From assembly GCF_006345805.1 (NCBI RefSeq), contig NW_021833063.1:20769-84768 (forward strand): 64,000 nucleotides of DNA, given 5' to 3'. Shown here piece by piece: positions 1-11,000 of this stretch. The notes beneath the pieces are model-generated. The model made no database searches and was not told the origin of the DNA. It saw nothing but the letters and a program-made list of their open reading frames with translations. The position numbers and the translations under genes were made by a program. The stretch is from Octopus sinensis (Eukaryota). How positions within the stretch are numbered: position 1 is the stretch's first letter; each line of letters opens with the position of its first letter.

Positions 1-279
1 ATTGCTCCTTCGGATTTCCACTTATTCAGGTCTCTGTAGAATAATCTTAATGGTAAAAATTTCAATTCCTTGGATGACGTAAAAAGATACCTTGATGAAT
101 TCTTTGCCATGAAACCACCTCAATTCTGGGAAGAGGGTATTTTCAAGTTAAAGGAAAGATGGAGACGCTTTGTGCAACAAAATGGTTCATATTTGGTTGA
201 TTAAAAATGTAATGTCAAGTATTTATTGAGCTTTTTCTTTCCTTTAAAAACCGGCACAAACTTTTCGGACAACCTAATA
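1..279 (+). mobile_element. mariner transposon 3' end (same family as 37629 and 49250 copies)
   Basis: Encodes the C-terminal transposase remnant (..APSDFHLFRSL..LNGKNF..WEEGIFKLKERW) and ends in TIR ccggcacaaacttttcggacaacctaa followed by TA; truncated by the window edge. Confidence 0.9.
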
Positions 280-1380
280 GTATAGAAGTAATAGATGTAA
301 AATCATCTGCTGCAGAATCTTGGACCGGGAGTATTTTTAGTGACTGAATGATTGTGGTAATGAAATGTGCCATCACTTAATGATTCTGGTACAAGCATTA
401 TACTGTGCCTATTGAACACAGCTGTACTCAGGAGCAAGTGTGATTTTGGAGCAAAAAAATCATGCTTTTGCTAAAATTTTTTGGGTGCCTCTGTAGTTGT
501 GAATAGACATAGACACATCACATCACCTGATCCTCCTACCTGTGATCCAGCTGAGCATCGAAGAAGTGACAGTCAGAGAGAGAGAGAGAGAGAGAGTGAG
601 AGAGAGAGTGTGAGAGAGAGAGAGAGAGAGAGCTGTACTAGCACTCAGCTGAGATTCATTTACAGCAGAGTAAAGTGGGGCAATCTCTATATATATAAAC
701 GGTAAAATGTCTGTGTGTGTGTGTGTGTCCGTGTTCTTTATACAAATCCACAATTTTTCAGTTAGAGGGATCACACTTTCTATGGTCATTCAAAACCGTC
801 CAAGGATGGTCGTGCACATCTTTACATTTCCCCAGTCACCCTGCAAAGCCATTAAAAAATCAATAGAAGTGACAAAATGCCCGAAAGTTGATACGCCAAT
901 TGAATGCCAGCTAGTTGTAAGTGATTGGTCGGAGATTTGGACAGTACTTGCATGTATGTGCACACGCACGCAGCTGTATATGCATGCACTAGCATGAATT
1001 AAAGGGTCTTTCTTAAAGATACAATACATCACCTAATCCAGGAACTGAGCCCACAACTTTTTTTATCGTGAAGCCATCATCCTTACCACTAGGTCAAATG
1101 TGGGCTCTTTGACTTAGTTTTTAAAAAATGCACTATTTAGAGCACTTTGTCAAGGGGCACAACATGCATCACTTTGAATATATTCTGTAGCTGATGACAT
1201 AAAAGACATCTGTTGTTGGACTCAGTATACACCGGGGTTTTGAACAATGCCGTGTATACAATAAGTAACAATAAACAAAACAAATAATAAAAATTCCCCA
1301 AAGGTAGGGAGTTCTTTACAGGGACAACCAAGGAACCCCACACAGTCTGGTTATTCTAACCATCAGATGCACCTCAGTAG

Positions 1381-1590
1381 GTGCCTCTCTCCTTCTCAGC
1401 TCCTCCAGTTTACAAACCAAAGTTGAGAGTCGGCCCATTCTCGCAGGCCATCCTCACCACATTCACCCAGCTTTCAATAAATTTAACGAGAGGCAGAAAT
1501 TCTCTCTCTTCTCTCAATTTGCTTTTAAAGTGGAACTTGAAAAAGTCGATGAGGGCTTGGCTGAAGAGATTTGATGTACCAAGTCTACTA
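1381..1590 (-). mobile_element. Tx1/L1-type LINE 3' fragment
   Basis: Minus strand reads ALIDFFKFHFKSKLREEREFLPLVKFIESWVNVVRMA; clear nucleotide similarity to 20030-20135. Confidence 0.6.
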
Positions 1591-1598
1591 GCTTAAGC

Positions 1599-2014
1599 GG
1601 ATCTTTTCGGTTTGAACAGCAGTTTTTAACATAATTTCTAGGTAACTAAAAAATTTTAAACTTCGTATACTGGTAAAATGTGTTTATAAAACATCTTTTT
1701 CTCTTGGCTTTATTGAGAAAATTCTATAGTTTGTAAGATATTTGTTGTTTTTTTTCTTCAATTTCTGCAATTTCAACCAATCACTGATGTCTGTTCAGGT
1801 AAAAAAACATTCCGTGCTGTATGAATATGTCCCTCGTTTAAGAAACAGATTGGGTTTATTTACATATGTGAAGAAAAAAGATACCCTTCCCCTACACCTA
1901 ACCCTAACCCTAAAACAGATTGAAATGCAATAGATCGGTACTAGGGTCATAATTATGGGTGACAATTTCATATGACACCGCTAGAAAAAACTGCTGTTCA
2001 AACCGAAAAGAAAT
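1599..2014 (+). mobile_element. unclassified TIR element (MITE), copy 1
   Basis: TIR ggatcttttcggtttgaacagcagttttt / aaaaaactgctgttcaaaccgaaaag; about 235 nt shared with the reverse complement of 6667-6987; internal cctaaccctaaccctaa; gcttaagc on both flanks. Confidence 0.8.
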
Positions 2015-2103
2015 GCTTAAGCCTACAAATTTATGTGAATGATCTTGAGATAAATGAATTTATAATAGAAAGAATTTAATTGGAAATTGTTTTTTTCTTG
2101 CAG

Positions 2104-2961
2104 GTTCTTCTTGAAAAAGTTGTTGAAAAACCTAACAGATCATCAGAACAGTTTTTTCGAGTACCGAATCGATTGCTTAATGAGTTGAAGCAACTAGGCT
2201 GGGATAAATTGGTCTATATTGGTCCTGCTTTCAAAAAACTGCATCTCAGCAAGGAAGACGATGAAGGGCGCACTCATATATTGAAGATACAACTTCATGC
2301 TGAACACCCTCGGGTACAACCTACCTGTGTTACTGACCTTCCAAAAATGTTTAAATACACCTGGAATCCAAATAGTAAACTGATTGATCTTTATACCCAG
2401 TTTGAAAGAGTGATCCAATCTTATCAGATGTTCTGGGATGCCATGGAAGAAATCGACAAAAAAACATGGGTTTTGGAACCCGAGAAGCCTACATATAGCG
2501 CTACGTTTCGAAGAATAGCTCTAAGTCCAAATTCATCTCTCCAGGTAATATTTGATCCTGACGAACCCCAGAACTTCGTCCAGTGTCAGTTCATTGGTGC
2601 CGAGAGTGTGGTCGATCCACTTAAGCAAAATCTAAACACGAATCTCCAGAAATGGGACATGGGCATAAATGTTCTTCAGAATCTTGAGAATTTACTGGAG
2701 ATCGAGTTTCCTTCTCCGGCTTTCACGAAGAAGGAAGAATTTCTTGGGGAATGTGGTATTTGCTATTCTTATCGACTTGGCATGGAACTGCCAAGCAAAG
2801 TGTGTGAAAGCGCCCAGTGTGGTCAACCTTATCACCAGTCGTGCCTCTATGAATGGTTAAAAACTCTGCCATCTAGTCGTTATAGTTATAACATGGTGTT
2901 TGGGGAATGCCCAATATGCATGAAACCTTTAACAGTTACTGTTACTACATCTGCAGATTAA
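2104..2961 (+). CDS. FANCL: E3 ubiquitin-protein ligase FANCL, large terminal coding exon (double-RWD domain + C-terminal RING); N-terminal ELF domain exon(s) not in window
   Basis: Open frame with hallmark FANCL motifs LGWDKLVY, FWDAMEEIDKKTWVLEPEKP, TFRRIAL, and RING CGICYSY..VCESAQCGQPYHQSCLYEWL..FGECPIC. Preceded by a strong acceptor ttttttttcttgcag (AG 2102-2103, phase 0). The ORF track's TTG start at 2080 lies in the intron. Confidence 0.93.
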   Translation, partial: VLLEKVVEKPNRSSEQFFRVPNRLLNELKQLGWDKLVYIGPAFKKLHLSKEDDEGRTHILKIQLHAEHPRVQPTCVTDLPKMFKYTWNPNSKLIDLYTQFERVIQSYQMFWDAMEEIDKKTWVLEPEKPTYSATFRRIALSPNSSLQVIFDPDEPQNFVQCQFIGAESVVDPLKQNLNTNLQKWDMGINVLQNLENLLEIEFPSPAFTKKEEFLGECGICYSYRLGMELPSKVCESAQCGQPYHQSCLYEWLKTLPSSRYSYNMVFGECPICMKPLTVTVTTSAD

Positions 2962-3035
2962 ACTGTTTGTAATTACAGTAACATGAATGTTTATCATTAT
3001 CCCTATGATGTTATTGTTGGAATTTATTTTCTAAA

Positions 3036-3408
3036 TAGGCATAGGAGAGGCTGTGTGGTAAGCAGCTTGCTTATCAACCACATGGTTCCGGGTTCAGTCC
3101 CACTGCGTGGCACCTTGGGCAAGTGTCTTCTACTATAGCCCCGGGCCGACCAAAGCCTTGTGAGTAGATTTGGTAGACGGAAATTGAAAGAAGCCCGTCA
3201 TATGTATGTGTGTGTGTGTATGTTCCCCCAACATCACTTGAGAACCAATGCTGGTGTGTTTACATCCCCGTAACTTAGCAGTTCGGCAAAAGAGACCGAT
3301 AGAATAAGTACTAGGCTTACAAAGAATAAGTCTTGGGGTCGATTTGCTCGACTAAAGGCGGTGCTCCAGCATGGCCACAGTCAAATGACTGAAACAAGTA
3401 AAAAAGAG
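3036..3408 (+). mobile_element. tRNA-derived SINE family A
   Basis: Head ggc..ggctgtgtggtaag..ggttc(a)gtccc (A/B-box like), CORE-like ccttgggcaagt, internal microsatellite, tail gactgaaacaagtaaaa; at least 14 copies in window. Confidence 0.9.
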
Positions 3409-3807
3409 CTTCTCAGTAGTTATCATAAATCCTTTCAAATACTTTAATTTAGCGATTATTTATATATAATCGCATCTGTTTTCCATGGTGGCATGGGTTG
3501 GATGGTTTGACAGAACCCAGCTTGCTGTAGGGCTGTGCTGAGCTCTAGTGTCAGCTTTTGGCATAATTTCTTTGGCTGGATGCCCTTCCCAATGCCAACC
3601 CCATTACAGTGTGTTCCAGGTACTTTTTCATATGACTGGCACTCGAAAAGTCACCAAGTAACTCACAAGTCAAGTAAAGAATGGGAAAACAGGAAAAAAC
3701 AGAAAAAGAAAGCCCCCTCTAAATAAGAGGGAGGAGTATTTGAAAGGTGGGGAGGTGGCTTTATGCCAGCTGTTAGGAGGTCGAAGTGTGATAGAAGTAC
3801 AAGAAGG

Positions 3808-4040
3808 TGGTGAGCTGGCAGAAACGTTAGCACGCCTGGCGAAATGCTTAATGCTATTTTGTCTGTCTTTATGTTCTGAGTTCAAATTCTGCTGAGGTCG
3901 ACTTTGCCTGTCATCCTTTTGGGGTCGATAAATTAAGTACCAGTTACGCACTGGGGTTGATGTAATTGACTTAATCCCTTTGTCTGTCGTTGTTTTTTTC
4001 CCTCTATGTTTGGCCCCTTATGGGCAATACAGAAATAAGA
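3808..4040 (+). mobile_element. tRNA-derived SINE family C (single unit)
   Basis: ggtggtgagctggcagaaacgttagc..gttctgagttcaaattc..ggggtcgataaattaagtaccag; matches many copies. Confidence 0.85.
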
Positions 4041-4230
4041 GGTACAAGCGGTTGTCTTGTTATAGGAAAGAGACACATGGCTACCCCATAAAAGAAGGGG
4101 TGGGAGTAGCTAGGGAGAAGATAGGAATGGTGGTGATACAAGATACAAGAAGCTTTGCTGCTGTTAACCAATGAACTGTGAAGTAAGTGTGGAAGCTGTT
4201 GTCAGTCAGGCAGACTGGGTCAAAGAGTTG

Positions 4231-4269
<39 letters not shown>

Positions 4270-4344
4270 CCTGAAGGGCATATCATAATGGTTGTGTTAG
4301 GTGGATACATGACCAAATGGCTCAGAAGGACCTTTCACTGATTG

Positions 4345-4375
<31 letters not shown>

Positions 4376-4439
4376 CCTCTATACCACTATTACTACAATA
4401 TATCACTGTCACAATATACCACTTTTATACTATACCACT

Positions 4440-4737
4440 GTGGAGGTGCATGGCCTAGTGGTTAGAGCAGTGGACTCGCGGCCGAGGGATCGCGGGTTTG
4501 AATCTCAGACCGGGTGGTGTGTGTATTTATGAGTGAAACACCTAAGCTCCACGTGGCTCCGGCAGAAGGTAATGGCAAACTTCTGACTCTTTCACCACAA
4601 CTTTCTCTCACTCTTTCCTCCTGCATCTTGCAGCTCACCTGTGACAGACCGTCGTCCTGTCCAGGTTGGAAACCTATACACCAAGGAAACCGGGAAACCG
4701 GCCCTTATAAGCCAGGCATGGCTCGCGAAGGAACAAA
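4440..4737 (+). mobile_element. tRNA-derived SINE family B (tail type ccgggaaaccggccc)
   Basis: tRNA-like head gtggaggtgcatggcctagtggttagagc..gaatctc, shared core accacaactttctctcactct. Confidence 0.85.
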
Positions 4738-5310
4738 CAATACTATACCACTGCCATTACAATATACCACTACTTTTACACTATACTGTTAAAACAATAC
4801 ACCAGTTATATACCAATAACACCACTATAGCCACAACACACCATTGCTGTTCAGGAATTTGGACCTGGAGATCTCCATTTCCAGCGACTTCGAGGGCCAC
4901 CTCCCAGTGGTGTTGGGTGTCAACGAAGAGCTCTTGACTACAAAAAAAACAACCAAAGTTTTTTTTTTTCCCAAGGTCTGGGGTCTCCTGCCTCTAAGCC
5001 CTAGACTATCACCTAATCACCCTTACCCATCTTGTTGCTTAACAACACACACCATTGCTGCTACATTATATCACTTTTATCACAATATCTGGCACTACCT
5101 CAGTATATTACTGTTACTACAATAATATACCAGTGTTACTATATATCATTTTGACCACACTTCATTGAACACTACCATTATGACAATATCCCACTGTTAC
5201 TAAACTATACCAGTATACCATTGTTCTTTCAATAAACCATTGCTAACTACAATATACCATGGCTGTTATGCTATACTACTGTTGTTCTTTTAGCAATTGT
5301 CTTTTTTTAA

Positions 5311-5517
5311 CCCTTCAGCATTCAGATTACTCTGTTGAAAGTAATGCTTGCTAATTTCACATTGTTTTGAGTTTATCGTACATTATCTTGCAGCTCTGTG
5401 AATGTTTATTTTTAAAATAACATTGTTGGGTAGGTGTGAGAGGTCTGATCTGGTCAGTTTGATCATAGAACAAGTAGAATATTTGGACCTGATATGGCTG
5501 GTTTGAATACTAAAGGA
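5311..5517. mobile_element. piggyBac-type MITE
   Basis: TTAA on both flanks (5307-5310, 5518-5521); TIR cccttcagcattcaga / tttgaatactaaagga. Confidence 0.75.
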
Positions 5518-5557
5518 TTAAGCAGTTTTTTGAGATTTCTTAAAACAAAAAGAAATT

Positions 5558-6270
5558 TATAATAGTTGTATACTGTCAACTTAACGTGACAGTAGGGGAT
5601 TACACCACCGCTGTTTAGCCCTAGGAAGCATCAAACGCTTCCTGTCGGCTTCAACACACTTACTGTGTCCTTATATATATTTAGTGGAGGCGCAATGGCC
5701 CAGTGGTTAGGGCAGCGGACTCGCGGTCGTAGGATCGCGGTTTCGATTCCCAGACCGGGCGTTGTGAGTGTTTATTGAGTGAAAACACCTAAAACTCCAC
5801 GAGGCTCTGGCAGGGATGGTGGTGATCCCTGCTGTACTCTTTCACCACAACTTTCTCTCACTCTTACTTCCTGTTTCTGTTGTACCTGTATTTCAAAGGG
5901 CCGGCCTTGTCACTCTCTGTGTCACGCTGAATATCCCCGAGAACTACGTTAAGGGTACACGTGTCTGTGGAGTGCTCAGCCACTTACACGTTAATTTCAC
6001 GAGCAGGCTGTTCCGTTGATTCGGATCAACCGGAACCCTCATCGTCGTAACCGACGGAGTGCTTCCAATACACTTCTTTCATATCTTCGCCGATGAAGGT
6101 TTTTCGGACAATATATATATTTACGAAGGGGAAACAAATACCCCCAACAGCTAGTCTCCTCTTCGTAAGAGTGTCGAAGCGACAGGAAGCGTTCAATGCT
6201 TCCTAGGGCTAAACAGTGGTGGTGTAATCCCCCTACTGTCACGTTAAATTGACAGTATACAACTATTATA
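5558..6270. mobile_element. MITE/foldback element with about 105-bp terminal inverted repeats, interrupted by a SINE
   Basis: 5558-5663 is the reverse complement of 6165-6270 (6 mismatches + 2 indels by eye); TA at both ends. Confidence 0.75.
5684..6066 (+). mobile_element. SINE family B (tail ttaatttcacgagcaggctgttccg)
   Basis: Intact-looking tRNA head gtggaggcgcaatggcccagtggttagggcagcggactcgcgg..ggtttcgattccc. Confidence 0.9.
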
Positions 6271-6504
6271 TCGCCCCACCACCGTACATATCTCTATGAG
6301 ATATTTAGAAATTTAATATTTCTGAAAAAGAAATTTCATATTCGTTTACTAAATATTGTTGTACACCTATTGCACTATTATTTTTTCTCGTGTCAAACGC
6401 TTTAGTTTGACCAGAATAAGTACCAGTTGAGGTGATCGATTTACCCTGTTCCTCAAACCTTTCTGGCCTTGTACCAAAATTTGAAACCAATGTTTGCACC
6501 CACT

Positions 6505-6666
6505 AAGGCGACAAGCTGGGAGAAAATGCTTAGTGGCATTTTGTCTATCTTTACCTTCTGAGTTCAAATTCCTCTGAGGTCGACTTGCCATTCATCCTTT
6601 TGGGGTCGATAAAATAAGTACCAGTTGAGCACTGGTAATCGACTTGCCTCTCCCTTAAAATTGCTG
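6505..6666 (+). mobile_element. SINE family C, tail cut by TIR element
   Basis: aaggcgacaagctgg..gagttcaaattcc..; tail ccttaaaattgctg ends at the ggatc of the MITE. Confidence 0.75.
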
Positions 6667-6987
6667 GGATCTTTTTGGTTTGAACGGCAGTTTTTTAAAA
6701 ATAATTTCCACGTAACTAAACACTTTTAAACTTTGTATACTGGTAGAACGAGGGACATATTCATACGGCACAGAATGTTTTTTTTACCTCAATAGACGTC
6801 AGTGATAGGTTGAAATTGCAGAAATTGAAGAAAAAAAACAACAAATATCTTACAAACTATAGAATTTTCTCAAGAAAGCCAAGAGAAAAAGATGTTTTAT
6901 AAACACATTCTACCAGTATACGGAGTTTACAATTTTTTAGTTACCTAGAAATTATGTTAAAAACTGCCGTTCAAACCGAAAAGATCC
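6667..6987 (-). mobile_element. unclassified TIR element (MITE), copy 2
   Basis: ggatctttttggtttgaacggcag ... ctgccgttcaaaccgaaaagatcc; about 85-bp imperfect TIRs; body matches 1599-1835 in reverse. Confidence 0.85.
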
Positions 6988-7169
6988 AAAACTTTTTTTC
7001 ATCAAAATAGCAGTAAACGATTAATCGAGCAAGATCACGAAGTCAGTCATTCCCCCATAAATATTAATGAGCAAATCAAAAGGAATGTAAAATGTTCAAT
7101 TGTGGTGCTGCCAGTATGGTACGTAACTCTACTTTTGCCAATCCAAGTTATTTCCCTTTATCGTAACTC

Positions 7170-7670
7170 TTCCGAAAAATTGCTTAGCATTATTTCTTTC
7201 GGGTACTTTTATATTCTGAGTTCGAGGCTTTACATTTTGAGTTCAAGTGTCGCCGTGATCGATTTTGCCTTTCATCCTTTCGGTGTCGATTAAAGAAGTA
7301 CCAGTTACACACTGAGATCGATATAATCGACTTAATCCGTTTGTTTGTTCTTGTTTGTCCTGTCTGTGTTTAGCTCCTTGTGGGTAGTAAAGAAATAGGT
7401 ATTTCTTTCGGGGCTTTTATATTCTGCACTGGGGTCGATGTAATCGACTTAATCCGTTTGTCTGTCCTTGTTTGTCCCCCCTGTGTTTAGGTATTTCTTT
7501 CGGGGCTTTTATATTCTGATTTCGAGGCTTTACATTCTGAGTTTAAGTGTCGTCGTAGTCGATTTTGCCTTTCATCCTTTCGAGGTGGATTAAATAAGTA
7601 CGATTTAAGTATTGGGGTCGATGTAATGGACTAAAACCCTCGCTGGCCTTGTGCCAAAATTAGAAAGCGC
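7170..7670 (+). mobile_element. degenerate SINE family C multimer
   Basis: Repeated attctgagttc..gattttgcctttcatcctttcg..ggggtcgatgtaatcgacttaatccgtttg units. Confidence 0.75.
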
Positions 7671-7907
7671 TATCACTTATGTGTAAAGAATAATGAACAA
7701 GATGTCATTTTCATACGTATGGAATTAGTCTAACTGTCTGTCTCTCTCATAAACTCTTATCATCAGCAGTTTTATGAAGGAAAAGTGAGAGCAGACGACA
7801 ATGAATTAATGAATAAATGAATAACAATGACATTGGTCGTTTCAATGCTCGTTTCAAGCTATTGTTAAGTCACTCTTAAGCAGAACTAAATACGTTATTA
7901 ATAAATA

Positions 7908-8235
7908 CTAGCAGTGTTGCTCGGGTTTGTTTTCTTTTTAACCCTTTAGAAAACGGAATTTTTGAAAAGTAAAAAATTCGCATTATGTAGCTTGTTATTC
8001 TCTTTAAGTGAACATTTTTCTAGTTAAAATACACCGAAAAATAGCGATACAGCAGTCAAAAATTCGTAAAAAATAGGGATTTTCATAGAAAAAAAGCACC
8101 ATTTTGATGTAAATCATTTTTGGTGTTAACATGGTCCGATTTGAATTTTTCTTCTACGGAAGGAAGAGCAAGCCTTCTTCTATCATACTCTCAATTTTGG
8201 TCAACTTGCGCCGCAGGGTCTCGGAGGAGATAGTG
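7908..8235 (-). mobile_element. Helitron-like non-autonomous element (3' part)
   Basis: Minus-strand end ..caaacccgagcaacactgCTAG-T, matching the Helitron 3' ends at 23544 and 48470. Confidence 0.65.
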
Positions 8236-8459
8236 CTAGTTGAAGGCTACCAAACCTGCCACATAGACAACTGCAGCTATATATATAGAGAGATTTTAGT
8301 GAAGAGGAAACGTAGTTTTCACAACTCTTCACAAGACCTCCGACACTGGTAGGGAGTATGGAAAGGACGTATCTTCGAGCTGGAGACATGGGCCGTATGC
8401 TTGCGACAGAGTGGATTCTGTTAATAACACCTAAGTATAGTGTTGAGGTGGGCAGTAGA

Positions 8460-8874
8460 TTACGAGACCAAATGTCCAGGAAAACTGACAAAAAGGGCCT
8501 TGTTTCATCCGGACAATGCTCCAGCACACAAGTCCTTGGTTTCAATGGCTGCTATGTGTGACTATGGTTTTGAACTCGTTGATCAGCATCCCTTTTTCTC
8601 CTGATTTGGCCTCCTCTGATTATCATATGTTCCCCAACATGTAAATACACTTGGCTGGGAACCAGTATCGCAGTGATGGTGACGTCATATCTGCTGTTGA
8701 GATTTTTGACCAACAGGATGAAGGCTTTTTCACTAATGGGATCCAAGCACTCTTAACATCGATGGAAGAAGTGTGTGAATCGCAAAGGAGACTATGTTGA
8801 AAAAAAAAACCTCATTTGGCCAGATTTCATGAGACTATCTTTGGCAGCTATGAACTTTTCAGCCGACTCTCGTA
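8460..8874 (+). mobile_element. mariner transposase 3' remnant with TIR (second mariner family)
   Basis: Frameshifted ..FHPDNAPAHKSLVSMAAM..GFELVDQHPFSPDLASSDYHMFP..HRWKKCVNRKGDYVEK; ends tatgaacttttcagccgactctcgTA. Confidence 0.85.
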
Positions 8875-9094
8875 AGTCTCCATTTTAGGTCACAGTGGAG
8901 TCAGAAATTAGGGTAATGCAAAGGACCTGAAAAAATATTTCAAGACATTTTTTAAAACCAATCTCTAAAGAATGAGCAGCAAGGTTGAGCGACGCCTGAT
9001 TTGATCTGAGAGTTCCATGCACCTAGTGTCTTATACATTCGTACTTTCTTTATTTTATTATAACCTACGTTGTATTACTTGTTTCTTACATATG

Positions 9095-9420
9095 TTCAGT
9101 GGTTAGGGCATCGGTCTCACGATCATGCAGTATTGAGTTCGATTCCCGGACCGGGTTGTGTGTTGTGTTCTTGAACAAGACACTTTATTTCACGTTGCTC
9201 TAGTTCACTCAACTGTAGAAACGTGTCGCGACGTCACTGGTACCAAGCTATATTAGCCTTTGCCTTTCCCTTGGATAACATCGGTGGCATAGAAAGAGGA
9301 GGCTGGTATACATGGGAAACTGCTGGTCTTCCATAAACAGCCTTGCTCGGACTTGTTCCTCGGAGAGGAACTTTCTAGGTGCGATCTCATTGTCATTCAT
9401 GACTGAAGGGTGTCTTTACC
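9095..9420 (+). mobile_element. tRNA-derived SINE (B-related head; tail actttctaggtgc..gactgaaggg)
   Basis: cagtggttagggcatcgg..gttcgattcccggaccggg..atttcacgttgctctagttcactcaactg; same tail as 53529. Confidence 0.8.
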
Positions 9421-9611
9421 TTTTCTTACATACGCACAAGGTTAGAAATTGATGAACAGATGGTTAAGCAGAAGTCATTTATATAGACTCCAGTACTTCT
9501 ATAATACTTTATTTTATCAGAATCAACCATAAAACCAGTGGACCTCACTCCTACACTATTCTGCAACCAGTTACTTGTTTTTTTCTTCCCTCATATACGG
9601 TCATTGGTCGA

Positions 9612-9855
9612 AATCGCACGGTCTGGTGGTCAGAGTGCTGCGCTCATGATCGAGAGATCGTGGTTTCAATTCCTTGATCGGGTAGTGTGTCGTGTTCTTG
9701 AGCAAAACACTTCATCTCATGTTGCTTTGACATGTGGTGCACCGTGCACCTATTCTGGCAACATTGATTTGATGGAAAAAGTGAGTTAACGCACAGCACA
9801 TAAATTTGATCCCTATAAACAAATCATTTGTGCCGGTCGTTCAGGAAGAAGTCGT
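9612..9855 (+). mobile_element. tRNA-derived SINE (diverged, different tail)
   Basis: tRNA-like head, gtgttcttgagcaaaacacttcatctcatgttgct core. Confidence 0.6.
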
Positions 9856-10093
9856 AGAACCGTAGTTCTCAGACTACGAGAGACTGCAATCACACGATAA
9901 TTGAATCTCTTCATTTCAATATCAATGAATCCTATTGGTATGCTACCCTGAAATCATTTGAGTTACATCATCACTAAGTTCTGTTACATCGCCATCATGT
10001 CCCTCTATTACATCATATTGAGATCTATATATCTCCTATCTCGCTTACATTATCAGTGAGTCCTCCTGTTACAACAATCTCTCTCTCTCTCTT

Positions 10094-10135
<42 letters not shown>

Positions 10136-10399
10136 TCTGTCAAATCATCTTGAAATAATTGATACATTTTGTTACGTGATCGGTAATTTTCTCCGCTAAA
10201 TAAGACATTAGCATGTCCTCTGTTATATTGAAATCAGAGCCCCACTGCCACCCCACATTGCATATATATATTAAATCTCTCTTTTACGCCACCTTGTCCC
10301 TCTGTCACACCTTTTTTGAGCCCCTCTGTTACACCATATTGTGATCTTTGAGGATCTTTGGTTCCGTTTGTTACATCATATCTAAATATTGGTTTCAAA

Positions 10400-10600
10400 T
10401 TTTATTACAAGGCCAAAAGGTTTGTGGGAGGGGCTAACTTTATTACATCGATCCCAGTGTTCAGCTGGTACTTATTTTGCCGACCATTAAAGGATAAAAG
10501 ACAAACTCAACAACGGCGGAATTTGAACTCAGAACGCAAAGATGGACAAAATGCCACTAAGCATTTTGCCCGGTGTGCAAACGATTCTGATAGATTGCCG
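10400..10600 (-). mobile_element. SINE family C
   Basis: Reverse complement of head/body; tail tacaaggccaaaaggtttg. Confidence 0.75.
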
Positions 10601-10614
10601 TCTTATTGATATTT

Positions 10615-11000
10615 GTCATTATTGGCAACAGTTCTGCTGCTGTGTCGGGAAATTGCTCAACCAGGACTGCAGATGGAATCTCAGATTTCCTTTTCCTGAG
10701 TTGATGTGGAGTTTAGATAATTTCAACACGGATGGGCCGTTGGCTGTACAGTGAAATCTTTTGCGATCGGTATTGCAGCCTCGGCGCTCTCTGTTGCAAT
10801 GCTGGTTCTCTTATGAGAGAATCGACGAGATTCTTTCTCTTGGAAGCTTTTTGGTCAAACGTTTATCACACGTTTCTATTACCGTCGTTTTCACCTTATC
10901 TGTTAAAAGCATCTCGCATCATCAAGTATGGTATCGTTTCTTTTTGTTAGCTCTTCAGTAATTGATAGTGCATGCCTTCTCTGTACTTTTGTTTGCCTGG
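10615..11000 (-). mobile_element. decayed CR1/L2-type LINE fragment (region just upstream of RT domain)
   Basis: Minus-strand frame with stops ..KNLVDSLIREPAL..RKRKSEIPSAVLVEQFPDTAAELLPIMTNI resembles the CR1/L2 'DPIP..LL..I.NI' motif. Confidence 0.45.

Noticed and set aside
707-1032. 96/80-aa ORFs upstream of FANCL as the missing N-terminal exon
   Set aside because: No similarity to the FANCL ELF domain on the plus strand; probably decayed repeat.
2080-2103. TTG start for the FANCL ORF
   Set aside because: These 24 nt are a polypyrimidine tract plus AG, and the protein lacks its N-terminal domain, so this is intron.
3036-3110. tRNA genes at SINE heads
   Set aside because: tRNA-like A/B boxes run into SINE bodies with no acceptor-stem closure or terminator; these are SINEs, not tRNAs.
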